DNA of 64,000 nt from Octopus vulgaris (Eukaryota). The position numbers and the translations under genes are program-made. Position 1 is the stretch's first letter. Each line of letters opens with the position of its first letter. Shown here piece by piece: positions 13,610 to 26,303 of the stretch. The stretch is from contig OX597822.1 in the NCBI GenBank assembly GCA_951406725.2, forward strand, positions 29,140,001 through 29,204,000, read 5' to 3'. Below the pieces are notes generated by a model. The model was not told where the DNA came from and did no database searches. It saw only the letters and a list, made by a program, of their open reading frames with translations.

Positions 13610-13880
13610 GTGCATCAAGAATTCATCCCCTAGAGCCAGGCCATAAATCGAGAGTTCTACTGCAACGTTTGAAGGAGAACGTTCAGCGAAAGTAACTGGA
13701 TTTCTGGGGCGCAAAGAATTGCATTCTTCAGGACAATGCACCTTATCACCAAGCTCTCCTCACTTGCCAAAAACAACATGGTATTGCTTCTGTATCCACC
13801 TTGTTTGCCAGATTTTAGCACCTGCGGACTTCCATCTCTTCCTGAAGATGAAAATCCAGCTCAAACGTTACCATTTTATT
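13610..13880 (+). mobile_element. mariner transposase remnant
   Basis: LLQRLKENVQRK, ILQDNAP and PDF-LAPADFHLFLKMK segments match the HDNA and YSPDLAP.DF motifs; frameshifted. Confidence 0.7.
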
Positions 13881-14871
13881 TCGAAGGAGATGATGTTAAA
13901 ATAAGTTACTTTTTGTTAAATATAACTAGTCTGGTAACCTTTTGATACCACCTCGTATAACAACAAAAGTGTTAACTCTTGTTCATAAACGGTTGAGTTA
14001 TTTACAACCTAAGACTACTAGTACAACGCTTTATGAGTTTCAAGTATACTCCACTAGGAATCAAGGCAGCACATATTTATCTTCATAGCATTTTACATAG
14101 AGACATGAATATCATTTTTACTTTGTCTTTCACTGGTTGTCTTTTAAAACAAGTGTTTTAACTCCTCCTTCAGATACAGAAATATTTAACACTAAAAAAA
14201 GAAAATGAAAAATAACACAATGCCTTTATTAATTGTTATTTTATATAATAAACTAGTCATTATAAACAAGTCTGTAAAAGATTCATCAGCAAGGTTTTAT
14301 TTAAGCTCTTAAACCTACAAATGATAAATAATTTGTATTGGATGTAAAATGAAATTTTTATAACCAGGGACCAAAATCTTGACTAGTCAAGAATTTAGGA
14401 GTTGGCACTGTAATGCTCTTTGCTTCATTCCATATTTAATTAATTTTTAGTTAATCAGACTTTCAGGGTTGTCTCCCTTATATTTTTTGACCAGAATTAG
14501 TTATTTCTATACTGTTTGTTTTCATCAGCTTATTTAAAATTAAAATTCCTTAGCTTACTAGATTAAGTATGTTAAGCACCCACTTCACTATTTAGGTCAA
14601 TACATGAGTACTTGGCCAGTCTGTTCCGATTCATTTACTGACTATTGTGGTATTTGCTTAACCAGGAAAATATTCATTAGTTGACTTCTGAAATGATACT
14701 CTTTGTTGAATGATTGAGGTTTAGCTGCCAAAACAGGGCAGTGGTATCATCGTTGTTGTTGTGGTAAGCTGACAGAAATGTTAGAGCGTTGAAAAAAATG
14801 CTTTCTGTTATGTCTTCTTCACTGTGTTCTGGTTTCAGATTCTGCTGAGATTGACATTACTTTCCATTCTC

Positions 14872-15172
14872 TTTTGTTCCTTCTCGAGCCATGCCTGGCT
14901 CATAAGGGCCAGTTTCCCGGTTTCTTGGCGTATAAGTTCCCCACCTGGACGGGACGCCGGTCCATCGCAAGTGAGCTGCAAGATGCAGGAGGAAAGAGCG
15001 AGGGAAAGTTATGGTGAAAGAATCAGCAGAAGTTTTGCCATTACCTTCTGCCGGAGCTGCATGGAGCTTAGGTGTTTCACTCATAAACACACACATCGCC
15101 CGGTCTGAGATTTGAACCCGCGATCCCTCAACCGTGAGTCCGCTGCCCTAACCACGAGGCCATGTGCCTCTA
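14872..15172 (-). mobile_element. tRNA-head SINE (family C, tail type 2)
   Basis: Related head on the - strand; body GCGATGGACCGGCGTCCCGTCCAGG; near-identical copy at about 48330-48625(-). Confidence 0.75.
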
Positions 15173-15898
15173 CTTTCATTATCTTAGGGTTGATAGAAGT
15201 GCCAGTTGAGCTCTGGGATTGATGTGATTAACTAGCCTTTTATCTCCAAATTTTAGGCCTTGTGCCTTTAGTAGAAAGGATCAGCATCACCATGAGGCTA
15301 TTATATGCTATTTTAGTTAGTAGGGAAGTTATCTTTAGGCTTTCTCTTTTACTTGTTTTAGTCATTTGACTACAGCCATGCTGGAGCACTGCCTTTAGTC
15401 GAATAAATCGACCCCAGGACTTATTCTTTATAAGCTTAGTACTTATACTATCGATCACTTTTGTCAAACTGCTAAGTTACGAGGATGTAAACACACCAAC
15501 AATAGTTGTCAAGTGATGGTGGATGGGGGAAAAACACAGACATACAAATATATATATGATGGGCTTCTTTCAGTGTCCGTCTACCAAATCCACTCACAAG
15601 GCTTTGGTCAGCCCGAGGCTGTAGTAGACGACACTTATCCAAGGAGCCACGCATTGGGACTGACCCTGGAACCATGTGGTTCATAAGCAATCTACTTACC
15701 ACACAGCCACCCTTCACATTTTGTGTTCAGATCATGCTGAGATCACTTTTGTTTTTCATCTCTTCAGGGATCAATAAAAGTTCTAATCAGTTACTGGGGT
15801 TAATGGAGTCATCTCAATCCTGTCCCCTCAAAATTGCTGGTCTTGTACTAAATTACAAGCAATGGTTTTTATTATTATTATTATTTTCTGTTTTCCAG

Positions 15899-16072
15899 GT
15901 TGTAGATGCACTTCTGCTTACTATGGATGATGATGAAAATCCCCGTGTCCAAGCCCATGCTGCAGCTGCTCTGGTCAATTTCAGTGATGACTGTCCCAAA
16001 TCTATCCTCCTTGAATATCTCGATACTATACTAGGAAAGCTTGAACAAGTGCTGAATAAAAAGCTCCATGAG
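15899..16072 (+). CDS. IPO5: importin-5 exon
   Basis: ttccag|VVDALLLTMDDDENPRVQAHAAAALVNFSDDCPKSILLEYLDTILGKLEQVLNKKLHE|gtaagt; 174 nt. Confidence 0.96.
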
Positions 16073-16268
16073 GTAAGTGACATAAACATAACTGAAGCCC
16101 ATATACTGAAGTTTATAAAATTTTGTTTCTGATTTAGCGAAATGCTCATTACTGATCCCCTTCTTCATAAAACCCGGCTATACAAAAAGTCCTGTATTGT
16201 ACCTCAGAACAAAGTATATTTATTTAGCTTCCTTTATTTTTATTTTTCACTCTCTTTTTTTGTTTCAG

Positions 16269-16369
16269 TTGGTTGAGAAAGGCCGCAAGTTGGTGTTGGA
16301 ACAGGTGGTTTCTACTTTAGCTGCAGTGGCCGACACAGCAGAAGAAAAATTTGTCCTCTATTATGATAA
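16269..16369 (+). CDS. IPO5: importin-5 exon
   Basis: tttcag|[33 protein letters not shown]|gtaagt; 101 nt. Confidence 0.96.
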
Positions 16370-19138
16370 GTAAGTTGATGTTTATCGATGCTTTACTCTG
16401 CAGCAGCTTGGACAAATATCTTGTACCAAAGCTTTAGGGATATTCTCTCCTATCTGTTATTTTAAGGCGGCGAGCTGGGAGAAACGTTAGCACGCCGGGC
16501 TAAATGCTTAGTGGTATTTCGTCTGCCATTACGTTCTGAGTTCAAATTCCGCCGAGGTTGACTTTGCCTTTTATCCTTTCGGGGTCGATAAATTAAGTAC
16601 CAGTTACACTCTGGGGTCAATATAATCGACTTAATCCGTCTGTTTGTCCTTGTTTGCCCTCTGTGTTTAGCCCCTTGTGGATAGTTAAGAAATAGATACA
16701 AGCACTTTCGTTGACATATATACACACGATGATCAAATTCAATAACAAGACTTTGGTTGGCCTGAAGCTATAGCAGAAGACACTTGCCCAGGGTACCATG
16801 CATGGGACTGAATCAAGCTTCCTAACCATGTAGCCATATAATTATAAAATAAACACAGGCTGTTTTTTCTTTTTTAAAGAACATGTTCACAGTATTCTGG
16901 TGATGGATGTGTGTAGTCTTGTGTTCCTTTACATTCTGTAACTCAGTTGTTCAATGAATAAATATCAATAAATTAAGTACATGTGTACTGGCAGTGTCTC
17001 AGCATGGCTGTTGTCCACTGACTGAAACAAATTGTTGAATACCCAAATGTGAATTGTTGCATAAGTTTCCTTGCATAGCAGAATCTACATTACAAAGGGG
17101 GTTTGTTGTGAATCTTTATAATCTGAGACTAATCTCCTGTTTCTAATCACACAGCCACTGGTGAAATCCAATTAGATCAAAACACCTATCGTTTTGGTTG
17201 ATTAGCCTATTACTCACATATTAAAACACCAAAATGTACTTTTGAGGAAGACGCAAAGTACTTTACTATACAGAATTTATTTTTACAGATTTCTGTTTGT
17301 GTGTGTGTAAATGCACTTGCATGTGTGTGTAGTTAAGAAGCTCACTTTACAACCATATTGTTTCAAGTTTATTCCCACTGTGTGGCACCTTGGGCAAGTA
17401 TCCTCATCATCATTCAACATCTTTTTCCATGCTGGCATGTGTTGGACAGTTTGACAGGTGCTGGCCAGCTGAAGTGCTGCCCAGGTTCTATGTCTGTTCT
17501 GGCATGGTTTCTATGGCTGGATGCTCCTCCTAACGCCAACCACTTTACAGAGTGTACTGGGTGCTTTCAAGCAGCACTAGGATATGGGTGCATCTATGTG
17601 GCACCGGTATGAGTGCTTTTTACATGGCACCAGCACCCACAAGCCTGCAAAGTTAACAATGCTCAGCTGGAAAGGAATGCCTGTTTGTAAGAGCAACCAT
17701 GCTTTTATTTAGCTTGATGTGTCTTTTCAAGCACAGCAGACCGCCAGGGGTTTTGGTCCCCTGTCATCCCCTCTGTGAGTCCCAACATCCATAGACTTTT
17801 CTCCCCACTTCATCCCATCTCTTCCTGGGTCTACACCTTCCACATGTTCCCTCTATGCAACTGGTACTTAATTTATTGACCCCAAAAGGATGAAAGGCAA
17901 AGTCAACCTCGGCGGAATTTGAACTCAGAACGTAACGTCAGACGAAATACGGCTACGCATTTCACCCGGTGTGCTAACGTTTCTGCCAGGGCAGTCCTCT
18001 TTCTTACAAGCTACATCTGATGTCTCGTAGACCCAGTTTTCCTCTCATGTCCCTTACACTCTGTCGTATATGCACACTGACATTACCCATCCATCGGTGC
18101 ATACAGGCTTCATTTCTTTCAAACTTTTGCATATCTTCAGTCTTGTACTATATATAACCTCAGGTTGACAAATGCCTTTTGAATTAACTTGGTATATTTT
18201 AAAGCTTGTCATGTGTATTTGTGTTTGTCTCTCTCTCCCCAACCGCTTGACAACCAATATTGGTTTGTTTATGTCCCCATAATTTGGTGGTTTGGCAAAA
18301 TAGACTGATAGATTAAAGGGTAAAGACCCCCTTCAGTCATGAATGACCACGGGATTGCACCTAGAAAGTTACCTTCTGAGGCACAAGTCCAGGCAAGGTT
18401 GTTTTATGGAAGACCAGCAATCATCCATGGATACCAGTCTCTCCTCTCCATGCCACTGATGTTATCCAAGGGAAAGGCAAAAGCTAATACAGCTTGGCGT
18501 CAGTGACATCGCAACTCATTTCTACATCTTTTCACATTGCTCCAGTTCACTCAGATGTAGAAATGAGTTGCGATGTCACTGACGCCAGCAATGTGAAATA
18601 AAGTGTCTTGCTCAAGAACACAACACACAGCCCAGTCTGGGAATCCAACTCACTACCTCATGATGGTGAACCTAACACTCTAACCACTGAACCATGCACC
18701 TTCACATGATAGAATAAGTACCAGACTTTTAAAACAAAGTTAATACTAACATCAATTTGTTTGACTAAACCTTTCAAAGTGGTCTCCCACAGCATGGCCA
18801 CAGTCCAGTGACTGAAACAAAAAGACTTTAAAAAAGGTGGAAAATATATCACAGATGTGGTTGTGTGGTAAGAAGCTTGCTGCCCAACAACATGGCTCTG
18901 TGTTCAGCCCCGCTCCATGGTACCGTGGGCATGTCTTCTACTATAGCCCTGGGCTAAGCAGACTGACAGAAGCCCATTGTGTGTGTGTGTATAGTAAGAA
19001 GCTTGCTTCGCAACCACATGGTTCTGGGTTGTCTCACTGCATGGCATCTTGGGTGGGTGTCATCTAATATAGCCTGACCAAAGCCTTTTGCGATGATTTG
19101 GTAGATGGAAACTGAAAGAAACCCATTGTTTCTATGTA

Positions 19139-19184
<46 letters not shown>

Positions 19185-20271
19185 GTGCTAGTGCGTTAAA
19201 CGACGATGATGATGATGATATATATATATATAATCCTGGGGTCTATTTGTTCAACTAAAATCCCCTAAGGCAGTGCTCCAGCATGGCTGCATTCAAATGA
19301 CTGAGACTAGTAAACGAACAAAAGAATATATATTGTGTGGGTGTGTGTGTGTCCGTCCCACCACTGCTTGACAACTGGCATTGGTATGTGTATGTTCCTG
19401 TAACTTAGTGGTTCGCCAAAAGAGACTGACAGAATAAGCACCAGGGTTTCTTAACTATAAAGAAATGGGGGTTTGTTCATTCACCTAGAAATCCTTCAAT
19501 GTGGTGCTCCAGCATGGTTGGATCCCAATGACTGAAGCAAGTATAGATAAAAGATATATATATATATATAGTCAGTAACAGTAAGCGTAAAATTAATTAA
19601 TTAGTAATTAATAATTTTACCAAGCAGTGTTCAGTATGTAAAAAGACCTTTTATGGTATATTTAAAACATTACTTTATATAATTAGGGTTCAGCAAAAAA
19701 ATTTACTTTACCATACACCGAACTTTTAGAAATAGCAGCCAAGGGTCTCCCAGACAATGTATACTCAAAAACTTATAGTAGAAGAAATAGCTAAATTCTT
19801 TGGCTGCTATTTCTAAAAGTTCAGTGTGTGGTAAAGTAAATTTTTTTGCTGAACCCTAATTATATAAAGTATATATATATATATATATATACGCCTTACT
19901 GGCACTTCTAACTGGTGGCACGTGAAAAACAACATTCGAGCGAGGTTGTTACCAGTGCCGCTGGACTGGTTCCTGTGCAGGTGGCATATAGAAATCACCA
20001 TTCGAGCATGGCTGTTGCCAGTACCACTTGGCTGGCCCTCGTGCCGGTGGCACATAAAAGCACCCACTACACCCTTGGAGCGGTTGGCGTTAGGAAGGGC
20101 ATCCAGGTGTAGAAACTCTACCAGATCAGATTGGAGCCTGGTGCAGCCATCTGGCTCGCCAGTCCTCAGTCAAACTGTCCAACCCATGCCAGCATGGAAA
20201 GCAGACATTAAACGATGACGATGATATATGTATATGTGTGTGTGTGTGTATATATATGTATATATATATGC

Positions 20272-20315
<44 letters not shown>

Positions 20316-20388
20316 GTACACACACAGTCAGGTAAATAAATAGGTATAATATATAAAAATATATGTATGTGTCTTTTTGTTTTTACAG

Positions 20389-20506
20389 GTTCATGCCCTG
20401 TTTGAAATATATTGTTCAGCATGCTACAAGAGTTGAATTAAGGCTCCTTAGAGGGAAAACAATAGAATGCATAAGTTTAATAGGACTCGCTGTTGGCAAA
20501 GAGAAG
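20389..20506 (+). CDS. IPO5: importin-5 exon
   Basis: ttacag|[39 protein letters not shown]|gtatgt; 118 nt. Confidence 0.97.
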
Positions 20507-21169
20507 GTATGTTGTTTTCATTTCAATTTAAAAGCTCTATTTTATTAAAGATTCCATTGCATAGAAAAAATATTTTGTGATGTTGAAATTCCTTATCATA
20601 ATCTTGGATCTTGAAGATGAAAAAAAGTTTGTTTCTTGCTATATCTGAAATCTTGAAAGTTATGCTATTTTTAGATTTGTGCTCGTTGGGTGTGATCTTT
20701 TACTGAGATATCTTTTTGTGTTTGTTGAGTAATAACTCTCAGTTTATATTATTTATTTACTAGCCTAAAACGAAATTTCTCAGGTGTGATAAACCACAAA
20801 AAAATTTCAGCAACAACACACACACTGTCTGTCTGTCTCCCCCCCCTTCTCTCTCACTCTCTGTATGTCAAAAAAAAAAAAAATTAAGATTCAGTTGAAT
20901 TAGGTATTTAAATTGAGGCATTTTGCTAGTTCGGTATAATCTGCACACCCCAACAATATTATCTGAATATTGAATGTCAAGACTCCGTGTAGGGGTATTT
21001 GTACCATATATTCCTGTTGTTTGTGTAGACAATGCAACCCAGCTAAGTGAAAATATCCACTCTTGGTAATTCAGATATGTACTTTTTATAAAGGAACTTT
21101 CCATAGTATTTCCAAAGTGCAGATTCCAAGTTAGGTGAACAGAATAAGTAGCAACGATGTACAGATGTC

Positions 21170-21260
21170 AGTTCATTACAGCCGTTTCAAATGGCTCCAT
21201 TTTATTGATTAATGAAAACATTACATCAGTTTGAAAGAAACCGTTCTTGTCAGATGAGCA
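21170..21260 (-). ncRNA. inverted degenerate copy of the same hammerhead motif
   Basis: Reverse complement TGCTCAT-CTGACAA-GAACGGTTTC...GGAGCCATTT-GAAA-CGGCTG-TA-ATGAACT; G8 of the core changed to A. Confidence 0.4.
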
Positions 21261-21583
21261 TATAAAGGATAAACTAGTTGGTGTCAATTTGCATTTCAAG
21301 TCAGCAAGGCAGGTCTGAAACAGTCCATCCTGCTTATCAGATAAGCACATTTGCCTGGGATTTTGTGTTTACTCTGCCTCAAGCAGTCAGACCAGGCTTG
21401 TGGCTTCGGAGTAAGTCAATACCTACTTTCTAAACTGTAGTGGACTTAACAAAGTATGCATTACTTGCTAAACTCATTCTGCCACAGTTGTAACAAAAGG
21501 AAACAATGTCAAAATTTTGGTTTTCATTATTGATGTAAATTTGTTTAGAAAAATTGGTTTATTCTTTATGCTTTAAGTCTGTG

Positions 21584-21674
21584 AGTTAATCTGACGAGAA
21601 TGATTTCTTTCAAATTGATGTAATGTTTTCATTAATCAATTTAATGGACCCACTTGAAATGGCTGTAATGAATT
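21584..21674 (+). ncRNA. degenerate hammerhead motif with long stem-loop II
   Basis: AGTTAAT-CTGACGA-GAATGATTTC...GGACCCACTT-GAAA-TGGCTG-TA-ATGAATT; stems partly decayed. Confidence 0.45.
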
Positions 21675-21694
21675 GACACCTGTACATCTTTGTT

Positions 21695-21748
<54 letters not shown>

Positions 21749-22384
21749 GGTTGCTAAACTAGATAGAAAGCAATGCATTAAGGCACTAAGTTACTCTAAA
21801 ACCACAAACCTGGTCTGACTGCTTGGGATAGAGTAAACTGCTAATGTCGCACAAAATCCAGGCAAATGTTCATATTTGATAAGCAGGATGGTCTGTTTCA
21901 GACCTGCCTTCACATGAAATGCAAATTGACCACAAAAGTGTAAATGCAAAAACATAAGCTGACTAAGGTGATTTGGAATGTGTAAGGTGGACTGTTGCAT
22001 ACCTTTGTTGCATAGAGTGGTTCAAATGGAAAGAAAGACATTAGTTCAACAAGAATGACTGAGATTGCCTTTCATCCTTTCGGGGTCGATAAATTAAGTA
22101 CCAGTTACGCACTGGGGTCGATGTAATCGACTTAATCCTTTTGTCTGTCCTTGTTTGGCCCCTCTATGTTTAGCCCCTTGTGGGCAATAAAGAAATAAGA
22201 ATGAATGAGATGATACATAATCCCACCCTGCACGCTATATTTTTACATTTTTCTTAATATTTTCTGCCCCTCCTCTCTGTTCTACATTTCCAGTTTGTAG
22301 ACACTCCAAAAAAAAAAAAACCCCTAGGTACAAATCACCTCATCCTTTAAATTTTTGTTTGTATTTTGTTTGTATTTTGTTTAG

Positions 22385-22468
22385 TTCATGCAAGATTGCA
22401 GTGAAGTGATGCAGCTACTTTTGAAAACACAAACCGATATGAAAGATTTACCTGATGATGATCCACAG
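22385..22468 (+). CDS. IPO5: importin-5 exon
   Basis: gtttag|[28 protein letters not shown]|gttgga; 84 nt. Confidence 0.95.
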
Positions 22469-23324
22469 GTTGGAAGATTTCACTAATATCTCTTATCTTT
22501 TACTTGCTTCAGTCATCAGACTACCCCATGGTGGGGCATCGCTTTTTATAAGATTTTGTTGTTAAAGTTTATGTGCAGTAAATTATTTATACTACTACAA
22601 TACACAAAATATTTCAATTTGTTTTATACAATTCTTAATAATATTCAAGTATAAAAATACAGTAGAATGTTTTAAATATACATTGAATGGCCATGGAGAT
22701 CTTGTAGAGCAAAATAGGAACCAACGGAGTGTATATGCAAAAGATGGTTAAGAACCATTGGTCTAACTCATACACCCTCCAAAAAAGTAACAATGGGGAT
22801 GTTGATGATAGTGGTAACAGCATTGATAATGATGTAGTATTTTACTAATAGTAACAGAATTACACTTTTTTGTGATATATGTAGAACTCTTAGCCTGTCT
22901 CTTATTTAATGCTCTATTGCACCAAATTGTGTTAAAAGAGTAAAATGATCTGGTAGATATTTGGTAATGTACTATCAACTGAAAGCTCTCAATAAAGTTG
23001 CTGTAGGTGTTTTATGGTGTACTTTGATAGTGCACTTCACTCTACTTGCCCTGAACTTATCTAACTGATAACATCATCTGTTAATATCTGTTTTTCATGC
23101 TGGCACGGGTTGGAATGTGTATATGGATAGGCTTGTGATTGTTGGATTTGTAAGTTTAATTTTCAGACAAGGTAGTTTGTTGTTTCCTTGGACAACATGC
23201 CTTGTTTCACATGGTCCACCTAACTCAAAATGAAGACTAGTGAAATCCTGATGTGGTTGGGTTAGTTAATCTTGTGATAGGCTTTGTGTTCTTTTCAACA
23301 CAAGAATCTAGTGCTTTCAGTTAC

Positions 23325-23551
23325 TTAACCCTTTGGCATTTAAACCGGCCATATCTGGCCAAAAGTATTCTGCATGTTTTATGTTCAAACTGGCCAGATC
23401 TGTCTCTCACACCAACCCTACAATATTGTTTTAAAAATTAACAACTACCTCATCAAAATCTCATAGCTACAAGATATGCATGATTAATACAAAACAATGT
23501 GGATGAAGAAGCATTAATTTTGGCAGAATAATGCAAACACTAAAGGGTTAA
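23325..23551. mobile_element. TTAA MITE, 227 bp
   Basis: TTAACCCTTTGG...CTAAAGGGTTAA; same orientation as 392-618. Confidence 0.8.
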
Positions 23552-23967
23552 ACGCCACAGAAACCAGAATATACTCTGGCCAAATGAGCTTGTACTCTCA
23601 AGACATTTTAAAATTTTCAGCTTCTAGGAATGTTGGTTGAGAAAGTTGAACAAGTCCTGTTCATACACCTACTTAATGCTATGAAACCAAAGCTAAAGCC
23701 AAGTTGTTGTTGTTATATATTGTATGCTTTTTCAGCATGTTGATGACACTACAACAAAAGTCCTCTAGATTAAACATGAGTTCTCCCAACAGATAAAACC
23801 ATAGGATTACTTCGTTCTGGCTTTCTAATGGTGTTTTTTTTTTTTTTTTTGGGCTGAGATATTGGATTGGTTTGCCATTACCTTCCCCAATTAGATGGCC
23901 ATTGCCCCACAAGGTGTAATACTGTGCAATGTGACTCCTAGTTTATTACGTACAAATCTGCCCTCTG

Positions 23968-24244
23968 GCAGGTCTTGTGAAGGAATTCATCAGCCTGTGA
24001 AGGAATTCCTCTTGACCACAAGAGTTTATAGAAGCCCATTTTGGTTTGGGCGTTATATTTACCTTTCTGCATGTCATATATACATGTGCCATAAACTCTG
24101 ACCATGAAACGGGTAACACAGCAGGTCTCATCAGCCTGTGAAGGAATTCTTGTCTTGACCACAAGAGTTTATAGAAGCACATTTTTGGTTTGGGCGATAT
24201 ATTTACCTTTCTGCATGTCATATATACATGTGCCATAAATTCTG
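23968..24244. repeat. tandem duplication of a ~125-140 bp unit
   Basis: GCAGGTCT...TCATCAGCCTGTGAAGGAATTC...CATGTGCCATAAAYTCTG occurs at 23968-24100 and 24121-24244. Confidence 0.9.
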
Positions 24245-24295
24245 TAATTTGTTCTATTTTGCTTTTCTAAATTGCAATGTTTTTGTCTTCTATAG

Positions 24296-24428
24296 ATATC
24301 TTATATGATTTCTGCTTGGGCTAGAATGTGTAAAATTTTGGGCACGGAATTCCAACAGTACCTTCCTATGGTTATGGGACCTGTTTTGAAAGCTGTTGCA
24401 ATACAACCAGATGTGGCTGTTGTTAATA
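24296..24428 (+). CDS. IPO5: importin-5 exon
   Basis: ctatag|[44 protein letters not shown]|gtaagt; 133 nt. Confidence 0.97.
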
Positions 24429-25654
24429 GTAAGTAGCAATTTATTCTTTGTCTCTTAATTAGCAAAAGTTACTTCAGATAATTCAATTCTAGACAGTGGG
24501 TCTATCAGGTAGCATTTATGTCCTAATTATGTATTGTGTCCTAAGAAACTGTAGTTGTAAAGCATGGCTGTGTGGTTAAGAAGCTAGCTTTGAGGCTACA
24601 TGGTTTCAGATTCAATCCCTATGACCTCACATGTTTTCAAAAAAAAAAAAAGATTGGGAATGAAGGACACTACTTGGATATGATGGTGGCATTTGTTTGC
24701 AAGTGTCACATGATGTCATGGTAAGGGGAGAGTAACAAATACACACATTTGTGTCTATACATACACACACACACACACACACACATATATTATTGAGTCT
24801 TGGGAGGGTTATTATGCTAGCTGGCAGAATTGTTAGTACGCTGGGCAAAATGCTTTGTGACATGCTGTCTCTCACTATGCTCTAAGTTCAAATTCTGACG
24901 GGTTGATTTTTGCCTTTCATCCTTTCAGGTTTGATAAATTGAATGCCAGTAAAACACTGGGGTTGATGTAAATTGACTAGTCCTTCCCACTAAATTTCAG
25001 GCCTAGTGTTTTTAGTAGTATAATGACACCCCTAGACAAGATCTATTTCAACACATGAATTCACCATCAGGAGTTTACAAACCATATACAAAAAACGGAA
25101 TTATATATATATATATATATATATGATCAGCTTCTTTCTGTCTATCAAGTCTGTTCACAAGGCTTTGACTGACCCAGAGCTGTAGTAGAAGGCACTTATC
25201 CAAAGTGTTATGCAGTGGGCTTGAACTAGAAACCATGTGTTTGGGTAGCAAACTTCTGGCCATGCAGTCATGCCCTGCACCATTCTTTACTATAAAGCAA
25301 TACCCTGCAGATTGTATACTATGTTGCCCAGTAAACTGTATGCTATGTATTGTAGCTAATTTTGCTATACGAATCAGTGCTTGACAATTGTACAATGCTG
25401 TACTTGCAATATGATGGATGGTAAAGTCCCATAAATATGTTTTTGTCCTTGGATTTGTTCACAATGAAAGAGTCATAAATAAAATCAGTAGATAAGAAAT
25501 AGAGATAAAGCAGAATGAATTATTACTTGTTGATTGCTGAATGTCCAGGAAACATTTGGTATGATGTCATTTTAGAATAATAATTTTTTTAATAAAAAAG
25601 GCATTTTCCAGTTGTGGAAAAAAAGGAAAAGCAATGATATGCAACATAGTTAAA

Positions 25655-26075
25655 CAAGCATCCTTCGTATCCGATGGCATCACTTTGTCTCCAACAATTC
25701 GGTGCGATACCAGTGCAGAATCACCTCCCTCTGACAAGTCATCCTAACGGGACGTCTGTGTTGGCTGGGTCATGCCCTCTGTCGTCAACCAGTAGAATTC
25801 ATCTACGAGGCAATTGCCCCACCTCTTCTTCAGGGTTGGCGAAAGCGTCGTGGTGGACAACGAAAAACCTGGCCGATGACGGTCAAGGCTGATCTGGAAC
25901 CCAACCCAGGCCCCCATATCTACGGCATTCGCCGCTGGAATAAGGAGTGGTTGGAGATCACGCGGTCGTTAGTCTCAAATCACCAGGCTTGGTCGGTGTT
26001 TGTGAGAGATGCAGCATTGAGGATAAATGAAGCCAGTTCAACCCACCCCAGGTGAATGCTGTAAGAAGAAGAAAC
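25655..26075 (+). mobile_element. RTE-clade LINE 3' fragment
   Basis: RLCWLGHAL and GWRKRRGGQRKTW motifs typical of RTE ORF C-termini; (AAG)n tail. Confidence 0.65.
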
Positions 26076-26241
26076 AAGCTAGCATGTTGCTAGTTGTTTT
26101 CTTTTCTGTATGAGTTTTCAAGTGTCATTACTGTATTGATCTCCCTCAATCTTCCTTCCAATCTCTCTTCCTTACTCTCTATATATGTGTGTGTGTGTTC
26201 TTGCTTATGTATTTATTTTACCCCCTTTAATTTCTGTTCAG

Positions 26242-26303
26242 GTGATGATATGAAAGAAATGGAAGATGACACAGATTGGCAATTTGTTACTTTAGGCGAC
26301 CAA
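26242..26303 (+). CDS. IPO5: importin-5 exon
   Basis: gttcag|SDDMKEMEDDTDWQFVTLGDQ|gtaagt; 62 nt. Confidence 0.94.

Noticed and set aside
16073-16268. Possible snoRNA in the only short intron (TTGTTTCTGA...TCAGAACAA stem, ACA)
   Set aside because: No box C and no clear two-hairpin H/ACA fold; the pairing is weak in AT-rich sequence.
24095-24140. Hammerhead-like CTGATGA-GACC...GGTC on the - strand
   Set aside because: Followed by AGAG rather than GAAA, with no stem I partner or cleavage triplet.
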